Source: an uncultured virus (IMG/VR IMGVR_UViG_3300025853_000054) (Duplodnaviria > Heunggongvirae > Uroviricota > Caudoviricetes). Taken from it: DNA of 20,000 nt. The stretch lies in the IMG/VR virus record IMGVR_UViG_3300025853_000054; one strand, 5' to 3'. The translations under genes and the position numbers were made by a program. Positions 8,096-16,571 of this stretch are shown here, piece by piece; within the stretch, counting starts at the first letter, position 1, and the number at the start of each line of letters is the position of its first letter. A model generated the notes under the pieces. The model was not told where the DNA came from and did no database searches. It worked only from the letters and a program-made list of their open reading frames with translations.

Positions 8096-9475
8096 ATGGA
8101 TAACGTTGAGTTTTTGGTTCTGAAAAATCTATTGAACAACAATGAATATGTGAGGAAAGTACTACCTTTTATTAAAAAAGAATATTTTGAAGATGGAGGC
8201 AATGCTAAAGTATTCCAAGAGATTTCTGATTTTATTATCAAATATAATCAACAACCAACAAAAGAAATCGTAGCTATTGAATGCAAAAACAGAACTGATA
8301 TCACAGAAGATGAATATCGAAAGATTATTAAGATCATTGAGAATCTTGACTATATACCAGTAGATGATGATTGGTTGATTCATACTACTGAAAAGTGGTG
8401 TAGAGATCGTGCAATTTATCTTGCGTTAATGGAATCTATTTCTCTTACAGATGGTTCTGACGAGAAAAAAAATAGAGATGCTATTCCAGGTATTCTATCG
8501 GATGCTTTATCGGTAAGTTTTGATAACCATATCGGACACGACTATATTCTTGATGCGGAAGGTAGATTTGACTATTATCGTAAAAGGGAGGATCGCATTG
8601 AATTTGATCTCGAATATTTTAATAAAATCACAAAAGGTGGTTTGCCTAATAAGACTCTCAATGTCGCGCTTGCTGGTACTGGTGTCGGCAAGTCTTTATT
8701 CATGTGCCATGTCGCTAGCTCCTTGTTGTTGTCAGGACGGAATGTACTCTACATTACGTTGGAAATGGCGGAAGAACGAATTGCTGAAAGGATTGACGCA
8801 AATCTTTTGAACGTAAATATTAAAGACATTAGTGAACTTCCTAAGTCAACGTTTGAAAGCAAGATGAGTAGAATCGAAAAGAAAACATCAGGTAAGCTAA
8901 TCATCAAAGAATATCCTACGGCATCTGCTCATGCTGAACACTTTAAGTCACTTCTTAGCGAACTTGCACTTAAGAAGTCATTTAGACCTGATATTATTTT
9001 CATTGATTACCTTAATATATGTGCTTCCTCCCGTTATCGCGGAAACAGCACTGTCAATTCATATTCGTATATCAAGTCTATTGCTGAAGAGCTTCGAGGG
9101 TTGGCTGTTGAGGCAAACGTCCCTATCGTATCTGCCACCCAGACCACTCGCTCTGGTTTTGGTAGCTCTGATGTTGATCTTACTGATACTTCTGAGTCCT
9201 TTGGTCTCCCTGCTACTGCTGATTTTATGTTTGCCCTTATTTCTACAGATGAGCTTGAGGAGTTGGGACAAATTATGGTGAAGCAGTTGAAGAATCGATA
9301 CAATAGTGCAACTATTAATAAGAGATTTGTGGTTGGGATTGATCGAGCAAAAATGAGATTGTTTGATGTTGAACAATCTGCACAAAAAGATATTCTTGAC
9401 AATAGTAAGAACATGGGTTATGATAATGATGACCCACCAGCATCACTTAATAAATTTGGAGGATTTAGATTTTGA
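8096..9475 (+). CDS. gp41: DnaB-like replicative helicase
   Basis: LAGTGVGKS, YITLEMAEERI, FIDYLNI, SATQTTR, KQLKNRY. Confidence 0.97.
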   Translation: MDNVEFLVLKNLLNNNEYVRKVLPFIKKEYFEDGGNAKVFQEISDFIIKYNQQPTKEIVAIECKNRTDITEDEYRKIIKIIENLDYIPVDDDWLIHTTEKWCRDRAIYLALMESISLTDGSDEKKNRDAIPGILSDALSVSFDNHIGHDYILDAEGRFDYYRKREDRIEFDLEYFNKITKGGLPNKTLNVALAGTGVGKSLFMCHVASSLLLSGRNVLYITLEMAEERIAERIDANLLNVNIKDISELPKSTFESKMSRIEKKTSGKLIIKEYPTASAHAEHFKSLLSELALKKSFRPDIIFIDYLNICASSRYRGNSTVNSYSYIKSIAEELRGLAVEANVPIVSATQTTRSGFGSSDVDLTDTSESFGLPATADFMFALISTDELEELGQIMVKQLKNRYNSATINKRFVVGIDRAKMRLFDVEQSAQKDILDNSKNMGYDNDDPPASLNKFGGFRF

Positions 9476-9879
9476 GTACAGTTGACCCTAAAAAGTATGT
9501 AGAGTTTGTAGATGCAGTGACATCTAACGAAAGTAAAAACTATTCTGATTTTGCCGCAAGGATTTTTGATCTTGAAAATCAAAATTTCCCTACCGAACGA
9601 ATGATTACTGCTGCTGTAGGTATGTCTGCTGAAGCAGGTGAGTTTACTGAAATCATTAAAAAGATTATTTTCCAAGGTAAACCTGTAACTGAAGAAAACC
9701 TATTTCATCTGAAACGTGAACTGGGTGACATTATGTGGTATGTTGCCCAAGCATGTATTGGTCTTGATATTTCTCTTGATGAGATTATGGAGATGAATGT
9801 GGACAAACTCAAAGCACGTTATCCTGGCGGTAACTTTAATGTTCACTATTCTGAAAATCGTAAAGAAGGAGATCTATGA
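9472..9879 (+). CDS. mazG: MazG-like nucleotide pyrophosphohydrolase
   Basis: AEAGEFTEIIKK, ELGDIMWY, NVDKLKARYP; TTG start overlapping the gp41 stop. Confidence 0.93.
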   Translation: MSTVDPKKYVEFVDAVTSNESKNYSDFAARIFDLENQNFPTERMITAAVGMSAEAGEFTEIIKKIIFQGKPVTEENLFHLKRELGDIMWYVAQACIGLDISLDEIMEMNVDKLKARYPGGNFNVHYSENRKEGDL

Positions 9880-10019
9880 CTACAAGACAATTTGTAACTA
9901 AATCTGGTGATACTTGGGAATGGGAAGAGACTGAAGAAACCCGTAAAGCAGTAGAAGAACTGCACAAGACTATTGGTAAACTAGAATCGGAAGCACCTGA
10001 TTATGGGGTAGGTAAATGA
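9876..10019 (+). CDS. Small hypothetical protein (47 aa), not in the ORF track
   Basis: MTTRQFVTKSGDTWEWEETEETRKAVEELHKTIGKLESEAPDYGVGK*. SD AAGGAG; ATGA overlaps at both ends. Confidence 0.8.
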   Translation: MTTRQFVTKSGDTWEWEETEETRKAVEELHKTIGKLESEAPDYGVGK

Positions 10020-10237
10020 AAAAACTTACACTTGAAGATTATCAAAAAGCAGGTGAAGAGTTCTGGCCTAAGTATTGGTATATTGCCAAAGAACTTGGTG
10101 AAGATGCAAAACCTGAGGATATCTTGAAGGTTATGGAAGCAGTCGGTGGTGTTGCTCTCAAACTAGCACTAGAAGGAAAACTTTCTAGTCCTTTTGGATT
10201 CAATAAAAAAACAGAAGAAAAAACCGAGACCCCTTGA
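10016..10237 (+). CDS. Hypothetical protein
   Basis: Translationally coupled ORF; FWPKYWYIAKELGEDAKPEDILKVME. Confidence 0.8.
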   Translation: MKKLTLEDYQKAGEEFWPKYWYIAKELGEDAKPEDILKVMEAVGGVALKLALEGKLSSPFGFNKKTEEKTETP

Positions 10238-10250
10238 GGGTCTTTTTTTT
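10226..10250 (+). terminator. Intrinsic terminator ending the replication operon
   Basis: GAGACCC [CTTGA] GGGTCTT followed by a T run. Confidence 0.8.
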
Positions 10251-10257
10251 ATAAATA
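10250..10257 (+). promoter_or_regulatory. T4-type late promoter
   Basis: Exact TATAAATA fused to the terminator T tract. Confidence 0.8.
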
Positions 10258-10287
10258 TTTTTATGTAAAAGCAATCTTGTAAAAAAA

Positions 10288-11586
10288 ATGGGCACGGAAA
10301 GTCTTAATGAGATAATGGAAGCATTTAATGCTGTCTATGATAATGAAATCCGAGAAGAATATCTAGAAGAAGATTATGCTTTTTTAGATGATTTTGATAA
10401 CGAAGAGATTGAAGATATTGTAGAGGAAGTTATCTACGAACTTATTGATGAAGGATATGAAGTAGAAGAACTGGAAGAACTATTTGAAGAGACTTTCTTA
10501 ACTGAAGCACCTTATCAAGTAATGGGTTCTCCTGATGGAAAAAAGGAGAAGAAGATTGGTAAACCAGTAAAGAGTAGAAAGTATGCTGATTCGAGAGCAG
10601 CAGAACTTGCGGATACTCACAAGGCAACTGGTGGACAGTATCGTTCTAAGTATGTTGAGGAAGCAAAAGTCACAATGGGCCGTGGTGATGAAGCAGGTGC
10701 TGGTAAAGTAACTACTGGAACTGGATCACTTAGAGCTGCTAAAGCAAGAGTTGCTTCTAGAAAGGCTGCTAAGAGACAAGCAAGAAAAGAAAAGATTAAG
10801 AGTGCTGCAAGAGGAGTTCTTTCTTCTATTAAAAAAGGTGTAAAGAGAGCAGCAAAAAAAGTTGGTCTTGGTGCTGAAAAAGCAAAACAAGCAATGCAAG
10901 GTAGAGATAGATCTGCTGAAAGATCTACTAGAAGAGCAAAGGCAAACATGAAAAAAGCTGCTGTGAAGAACCTTTATAAGGCAGTAACGGGGAAAGCAAA
11001 AGCACCTAAAGCAGTAGAGAAGAAAGTATCTAGAAAGGATGTAACTGGATCTACTGGTGCTGGCGCAGCAGGAACTATTCGTTCTAAGTCTTCAAAAGAT
11101 GGATATGGTAGTGGACCTTCTAGCAAAGGTAGAGCACTTCCTCCTAAAGGAGCAACTTCAAGAACTGATGCTGGTAATCTAAGAAAACCAAGTCAAGTTA
11201 CTTTTGCACTCTCAAGAGCAGCAAAAGCAGGTAAAAAGAGAATGGAAAAACTGAATAATAGTTTCGATATGTTTGATGTTGTAGCTGACTTCCTAATCTC
11301 AGAAGGTCTTGCTGATGATATTAATGAAGCAAACTGGATTATGGTAAATGAGGTTACCGCAGAGGATATTGAGCAGATTGTTGAACTGTATGAACTTGAA
11401 GAACTATTTGGTTTAGGTAAAAAAAAAGATAAATCTAAATCAGTAGAGTATATGGGTAGATCTATGGAACCAAAACCAAAGAAAAACCCTGGATATAAGG
11501 TAGATAATAGAGCGCCCGAAAAAGAAGTTCATGAGTATGGTAAAAAAGGATATACTGCAAAGTATAAGACACGCGGAAAACTTTGA
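10288..11586 (+). CDS. Late acidic/basic modular protein, putative internal head protein
   Basis: Acidic N-terminus (LIDEGY...FLTEA), long K/R/A-rich block, second acidic module (FLISEGL...IMVN), basic tail. Confidence 0.75.
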   Translation: MGTESLNEIMEAFNAVYDNEIREEYLEEDYAFLDDFDNEEIEDIVEEVIYELIDEGYEVEELEELFEETFLTEAPYQVMGSPDGKKEKKIGKPVKSRKYADSRAAELADTHKATGGQYRSKYVEEAKVTMGRGDEAGAGKVTTGTGSLRAAKARVASRKAAKRQARKEKIKSAARGVLSSIKKGVKRAAKKVGLGAEKAKQAMQGRDRSAERSTRRAKANMKKAAVKNLYKAVTGKAKAPKAVEKKVSRKDVTGSTGAGAAGTIRSKSSKDGYGSGPSSKGRALPPKGATSRTDAGNLRKPSQVTFALSRAAKAGKKRMEKLNNSFDMFDVVADFLISEGLADDINEANWIMVNEVTAEDIEQIVELYELEELFGLGKKKDKSKSVEYMGRSMEPKPKKNPGYKVDNRAPEKEVHEYGKKGYTAKYKTRGKL

Positions 11587-11598
11587 TTATTAAGGCGT

Positions 11599-12060
11599 AT
11601 GCCAAGAAAAAGAAGAAAAAGTAAAGTAAAATATAAATCGTTTCTAGTTTCTCAAAGAGAGAAACTAGAAGCTCAAAGGGCAGAAAAGAAAGAAAAAAAC
11701 AAAACTAGATTAGAAATACTTGAAGAAAGAATAGAAGATCTTACTGATCCAGAAGATATTATGGTAGAAATCATTGATGTATTTAATGATTTTGATGTTG
11801 CTCCTGATGTTGGTAACTATTATACTTTTATATACAATGCAAAAACTCCCAACTTACTTTATGATCAGCATCCTTTAGTTGCTATTCTTGAAGTGAATAG
11901 ATGGGGGGTTGTTGGTTTGAACTTTCATTGGGTTGGATTAGATGGCGCAGATATTAGAAACTATACTTGGCCAGAAGTGGCAGGTTATTTTCATAAGATA
12001 GATAATGATGAAATCATGTCTATGAGAAATATAAACTATGCTAAGTTTTTGAGGAAATAA
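11599..12060 (+). CDS. Hypothetical protein, distantly like gp2 (DNA end protector)
   Basis: YYTFIYNAKT..LLYDQHPLV...GLNFHW resembles the gp2 F.Y..K....YD..PL...GLNLH pattern; basic N-terminus. Confidence 0.5.
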   Translation: MPRKRRKSKVKYKSFLVSQREKLEAQRAEKKEKNKTRLEILEERIEDLTDPEDIMVEIIDVFNDFDVAPDVGNYYTFIYNAKTPNLLYDQHPLVAILEVNRWGVVGLNFHWVGLDGADIRNYTWPEVAGYFHKIDNDEIMSMRNINYAKFLRK

Positions 12061-12063
12061 ATA
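12056..12063 (+). promoter_or_regulatory. Late promoter-like element
   Basis: AATAAATA (7/8 match) overlapping a stop codon, just upstream of the next ORF. Confidence 0.5.
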
Positions 12064-12074
12064 CATATATACAG

Positions 12075-13238
12075 ATGAAGAAGATGAAAAAGTTCTCTAG
12101 TTTTATATTCGAAGCGCAAGTATCTCTAGCATCCCAAAGAGCACAAAAAATGGGGTTGCGTGGAGATGGACATGGTGGATGGTATAATGCGTCTGGAGAG
12201 TTTGTTGCAAAAACTGAAGGTGGAGATTTAGTTTTCTACAATAGAGGTCAGAGACCTGGAAGAGATGTTCCTAATCCTTCAGATAAAAAACCAAAAGTTG
12301 AAAGAAATCCAGAACCATCTTCTCTAGAACCTGATGAAAATGGCGGAGCAAAACTTACAATAGTATTTGGGAGATTTAATCCCCCAACAAAAGAACATCA
12401 ACAACTATTTACTTCAGCAAGAAGTATTGCTGGCAACTCCGACTTGAAAATATATCCATCTAGAATTCAAGATAACGAAAGAAATCCAATCAAACCAGAT
12501 CCAAAGATTGGGTTCATGAAAAAAATGTTTCCTAAATTTAAAGATAATATCATCAATGATGAAAAAATGATTACAATCTTTGATGTATTGCAAGCAGCTG
12601 AAAATGATGGTTATAGTGAAGTTACTATTGTAGTTGGTATAGATAGATTATCTGAGTTTAGAAGTCTTGCACAAAAGCATAATGGAAGTGTATATAACTT
12701 TAATGATATTACAGTAGTTGCTGGAGGAGAAAAAGATTCTGACACAGAACTATCATCAAAGATGAGACAATCTGCTGCAGAAGATAATCTAAATTCTTTC
12801 AGATCTGGACTTCCTACGGGTTATAAAGATGCTGAGAAAGTATTTAAAGCAGTTCAGTCTGGAATAGGAACCAAGACTCAAAAAGAAGAATATGAACTTT
12901 GGAAGATCGCTCCAAAAGTTCATTATAGGGTATTAAGAGAAAAATATGTTTCGGGAAATATTTTTAAAGTTGGATCTATTGTTGAAAATATAAACACTGG
13001 ATTGAGAGGAAAAATTATTCGTAGAGGAACTAACTATCTTATTTGTGCAACAGAAGATGATCTTATGTTTAAATCATGGATTACAGATGTGATTGAGAAG
13101 AAAGATTTTACTGATGTATCTGGGGTCGTCGCTAGTCAAAGAGAAGTTGGATCTCCTTCTCTTACCAAATATGCCATGAAAATGGCGGATGTGAAGAGCA
13201 TTAGAAATTTTATAAATAAGTATAAGTCAAAAAAGTAA
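12075..13238 (+). CDS. Cytidylyltransferase-like (HIGH-superfamily) nucleotidyltransferase
   Basis: IVFGRFNPPTKEH, IVVGIDR, SSKMR; alternative start ATG 12084. Confidence 0.85.
   Translation: MKKMKKFSSFIFEAQVSLASQRAQKMGLRGDGHGGWYNASGEFVAKTEGGDLVFYNRGQRPGRDVPNPSDKKPKVERNPEPSSLEPDENGGAKLTIVFGRFNPPTKEHQQLFTSARSIAGNSDLKIYPSRIQDNERNPIKPDPKIGFMKKMFPKFKDNIINDEKMITIFDVLQAAENDGYSEVTIVVGIDRLSEFRSLAQKHNGSVYNFNDITVVAGGEKDSDTELSSKMRQSAAEDNLNSFRSGLPTGYKDAEKVFKAVQSGIGTKTQKEEYELWKIAPKVHYRVLREKYVSGNIFKVGSIVENINTGLRGKIIRRGTNYLICATEDDLMFKSWITDVIEKKDFTDVSGVVASQREVGSPSLTKYAMKMADVKSIRNFINKYKSKK
13211..13218 (+). promoter_or_regulatory. T4-type late promoter
   Basis: Exact TATAAATA upstream of ATG 13251. Confidence 0.7.
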
Positions 13239-13250
13239 AAACTTATACTA

Positions 13251-16200
13251 ATGACATTACATCTTAACGACATCTCCAAGATTTATCTTGAGCAGATTGC
13301 TGAGGGAAAAGGTGCTGGTGAAGACCAAGAGCATAAGTACTCAAAAAAATCTGGTAAGAAATCAAAAGATTATGACGGTGACGGTACGGTAGAAGATGAG
13401 ACTGATGAATATGCTGGTGTGAAGGATAATGCCATTAAAAAAGCAATGGGCAAATCCGTATGTAAGAAATGTGAAAAGAAAGAGTGTGAGTGTGATGATA
13501 AAAAAGTAGATGAAATCTATCTGCTCACTCCGCTAAATAAGGGTAAAAATAAAACAACAAAAACTCCTACTACTATTGATAAGCATGGAAAAAGAGTGCC
13601 ATTAGACAAAGTAAAGGAATCAAAAAATGTTCATGGAGAAATTGAAGTTCCTTCTAAAGATCTAAAGTCTCTTGTAAAGAAAGCAGTCTCAAGAATCGAC
13701 ACTGATGTTGATGGTGATGTGGAGGATAACGATAAGCATAAGGGAGAGTATGGTGAGTTTGTTCCGACACCAGACGGTAAGAGAACATTTAGTGGACCTA
13801 AAACTAGAAAAGAATCTTTCTCTAACTGGAGAAATGAGATTAATGAAGTTTTGGAGAAAGATGGCAAAGAACAAAAGTTCAAAGAAATGTCCAAGGACAA
13901 GACAAATACTATTAAAATCAATCCAGTTTTAGAAGACTCTATTGCTTCTATTGATGGTGTGGTCTTAGAAGATATTGAGTTTGATGCACCCGAACCAACT
14001 TGTATCTTTGAGGATTTTGTTGATGCAGAGATTTACTTCATGGATGACGATTTCATTTATGATATTGTTGAGGAATCTATTGTAGAACTACTTGATGATG
14101 GTTATGATTTAGATTATATTGTAGAATCTATTGTATCTTCTGTAGATTATAGTCTAGAAGTTTTAACTGAAGGAGTTGCCGAAACTGCTGCAAGAAAACG
14201 TTCTAAGGATGTAAAGAGAACTCAACTAAGAGCAAAAGCAAAGACTTTTAGACCAGATCCTGCAACTCTTAGAAGAAATGCAAGACTTAAAGCAGTAAAA
14301 AGTGCTGCTCAAACTGCAGGTGAAAAGATTAAATCTGGTGTAAAGAAAGTAGGAAAAGCTGCTAGTTATGGTGCTGGTTATGCTGCTGGTGCTACTGTTA
14401 GAGCAGCTAGAAGACTAAGAGATAAAGCTAAAGAAGGATATGCAAGAGGATCTCAAGGATCATCTTCATCTTCTCAAGGATCATCTTCATCTTCTCAAGG
14501 ATCATCTTCATCAGCACCAACATCGTCTACTTCAGATAAGAAGAGAAGTTTACTGAGCAGAGTTGGTTCTGGTCTAAAGAAAGCAATCAAAGGAACTGTT
14601 AGAGTTGGTGCTCGCGCTGTTGAGGTTGGTGCTGGAGCAGTTGCTGCTGGTGCTAAGAGTGTCAGAAAGAGAATGTCTGAAGAGTTCTATCAAGAATCTT
14701 GTGAGATTGCTGCTGAGTATTTTATTGAAGAAGGTTTAAATGAAGAGGGTGTAGCAATCCTTATTGAAGAACTTGGTGTTGATGAGTTTGCTGAGTTTGT
14801 TTATGATCTTGGTGAAGAAATCATGCTCACCGAAGAACTAAATGAAGCAAGAGCGGGTGGAGTTAAAGTTGCTCCTGTAACTAAGGCTGGCAAGTCTGTA
14901 GGATCCCTCAAAGGAGGTCCTAGAACTTCTGCTATCAAGCGTCTTCGCAAGGAAAAAGCAGCAAGAAGAGATGCAGAAGCAAAAGCATCTGCAGCAAAAC
15001 CTTCAGGAATGAAGGCAGCACTTCAGAGTCAATCAAAAACTGCTGCTAAGAGAAACACTGCAGTATCTAAAGCAAAGAGTGCTCAACCTAAGAAAAAGGG
15101 TGTATTAGATCGTGTTGCTGGAGCAGTTCTGAAAGGAATTGAGCGTCATAATGCTGCGATGAATGCTGCTAGAGAGACTGGTAAAACTATTTCTAAGGCA
15201 GCAAAAGTAGGCGCTAAAGGTGCTCAAGAGTTTGGTAAGGGATTTAGTTCTGGAGTAAAGACTGCTGGTAAAGCAGCAAAAGATGCTAAAAAAGTTATAT
15301 CTTCTGGAGTAGAATATGATGAAGAACTAGTTGAAGGACTTCGTTCTGCCGTAAAGAGACTTCTTAGTGGCAAGAAAAAAGAAGAACCAGCAAAACCAAT
15401 GAGCAGAGGTGAGCAACTTCGTAAGAAGTATAATGTTGGTCCTGAAAAGTCTGACACTTCTGCTAAGAGACAGATCCTTGATCGCTCCCGTGCTAGAGCA
15501 GAGAGAGATGAAAAGGAGTATGGTGGTTCTCGCTATTCTAAATCTGTTGCAGATAAATCAAAGGCAGCACATGACAGTTACCTGAGAGCAGGTTACAGCA
15601 AGTATGGTGCTGATGACCGTCGTGGCAGTGGAAACAAAGCAAGAAGAAGAGCAGCAGCACTTCAAAATAATGAGTTTGAATGGCTGATTGATTCTTTAAT
15701 CTCTGAAGGATATAATCTTTCTTCTTATACGATAGAAGAGTTTTATGATCAAGTGATTGATATTGAAGAGGGTCTTAAACAAGCACGTAAAAATGTAGGT
15801 GCTTCTAAATGTTGGACTGGATATAGAGCAAAAGGAACTAAAATGGAGGATGGTGAAGAAGTTCCTGATTGTAAAAAGGAGTCTATAAACTATGAAGGTC
15901 CTCTATACGCTCAACATCCTGATCTAGTTGAAGCACGTCGCGGTCCTGCGGCACCTGGTAAAAAAGAAAAAGGTGAAAAAGCATCAAAATCTCTTGTTGA
16001 TATGAGAAACCGCCAGAAAGTTCTCGATACACACGAGAAGAAGACTGGCAGGAAACTTGATATCTCTAAGACACCAGAAGGAAAAGCACATGCTAAAAAC
16101 TTTCCTGGTTCTAGGCAGGCACCAAAGAAAAAAGGTGCTAAGGAGACTCCTGCTGAAACACAAAACAGAAGGATCATGAAATCAACCCGGCGCATTGTCA

Positions 16201-16271
16201 AGCATGGTTATACTTCTAAAGAAAAGAAAGAAGTGAAAGCGATGGCAAAACACGCATCTAGATACGATTGA
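13251..16271 (+). CDS. 1006-aa late modular protein with alternating acidic and basic blocks
   Basis: Three acidic ..(E/D)G(Y/L) modules, several K/R/A-rich blocks, two DxDxDG loops and a CWxGY...VPxC module. Confidence 0.8.
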   Translation: MTLHLNDISKIYLEQIAEGKGAGEDQEHKYSKKSGKKSKDYDGDGTVEDETDEYAGVKDNAIKKAMGKSVCKKCEKKECECDDKKVDEIYLLTPLNKGKNKTTKTPTTIDKHGKRVPLDKVKESKNVHGEIEVPSKDLKSLVKKAVSRIDTDVDGDVEDNDKHKGEYGEFVPTPDGKRTFSGPKTRKESFSNWRNEINEVLEKDGKEQKFKEMSKDKTNTIKINPVLEDSIASIDGVVLEDIEFDAPEPTCIFEDFVDAEIYFMDDDFIYDIVEESIVELLDDGYDLDYIVESIVSSVDYSLEVLTEGVAETAARKRSKDVKRTQLRAKAKTFRPDPATLRRNARLKAVKSAAQTAGEKIKSGVKKVGKAASYGAGYAAGATVRAARRLRDKAKEGYARGSQGSSSSSQGSSSSSQGSSSSAPTSSTSDKKRSLLSRVGSGLKKAIKGTVRVGARAVEVGAGAVAAGAKSVRKRMSEEFYQESCEIAAEYFIEEGLNEEGVAILIEELGVDEFAEFVYDLGEEIMLTEELNEARAGGVKVAPVTKAGKSVGSLKGGPRTSAIKRLRKEKAARRDAEAKASAAKPSGMKAALQSQSKTAAKRNTAVSKAKSAQPKKKGVLDRVAGAVLKGIERHNAAMNAARETGKTISKAAKVGAKGAQEFGKGFSSGVKTAGKAAKDAKKVISSGVEYDEELVEGLRSAVKRLLSGKKKEEPAKPMSRGEQLRKKYNVGPEKSDTSAKRQILDRSRARAERDEKEYGGSRYSKSVADKSKAAHDSYLRAGYSKYGADDRRGSGNKARRRAAALQNNEFEWLIDSLISEGYNLSSYTIEEFYDQVIDIEEGLKQARKNVGASKCWTGYRAKGTKMEDGEEVPDCKKESINYEGPLYAQHPDLVEARRGPAAPGKKEKGEKASKSLVDMRNRQKVLDTHEKKTGRKLDISKTPEGKAHAKNFPGSRQAPKKKGAKETPAETQNRRIMKSTRRIVKHGYTSKEKKEVKAMAKHASRYD
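14451..14513 (+). repeat. 3 x 21-bp in-frame tandem repeat (SQGSSSS)
   Basis: TCTCAAGGATCATCTTCATCT x2 plus TCTCAAGGATCATCTTCATCA. Confidence 0.95.
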
Positions 16272-16306
16272 TCATATATAATCTGTAGATTTTGGTAAAA
16301 CAAATC

Positions 16307-16492
16307 ATGTGGACATTATTCCTTCCTATTGCTAAAAGAACAATCGGTAATCTTCTGGAAAAAGAAGAAGTCCGTCGTTATCTTGTTTCAATCTTAAGAA
16401 ATCTAGCTGCTTCTACCGACAATAAGTTGGATGATGGTGCAGTAGATGTTGTCGAATCACTACTATTCAGAACAGAAGATTCTGCTTCATAA
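16307..16492 (+). CDS. Small hypothetical protein
   Basis: MWTLFLPIAK...LAASTDNKLDDGAVDVVESLL; followed by a terminator. Confidence 0.75.
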   Translation: MWTLFLPIAKRTIGNLLEKEEVRRYLVSILRNLAASTDNKLDDGAVDVVESLLFRTEDSAS

Positions 16493-16506
16493 ATAGTACA
16501 TACAAC

Positions 16507-16530
16507 AAAGGAGAGGAAACTCTCCTTTTT
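16507..16530 (+). terminator. Intrinsic terminator with GNRA tetraloop
   Basis: AAAGGAGAG [GAAA] CTCTCCTTT TT, a perfect 9-bp stem. Confidence 0.85.
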
Positions 16531-16537
16531 ATAAATA
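16530..16537 (+). promoter_or_regulatory. T4-type late promoter
   Basis: Exact TATAAATA fused to the terminator T tract. Confidence 0.8.
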
Positions 16538-16571
16538 TTTTTTAGTTAAACTTTTTTAATAGGTAAAAAGA

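Noticed and set aside
4283..9475. Inteins, introns or homing endonucleases in gp43, uvsX and gp41
   Set aside because: Lengths are normal and motifs contiguous; no splicing or nuclease signatures seen.
9472..9879. mazG (and hsp20) as novel auxiliary genes
   Set aside because: Both are well-known, common genes of T4-like cyanophages.
14451..14513. CRISPR-like array
   Set aside because: Head-to-tail coding repeat with no spacers.
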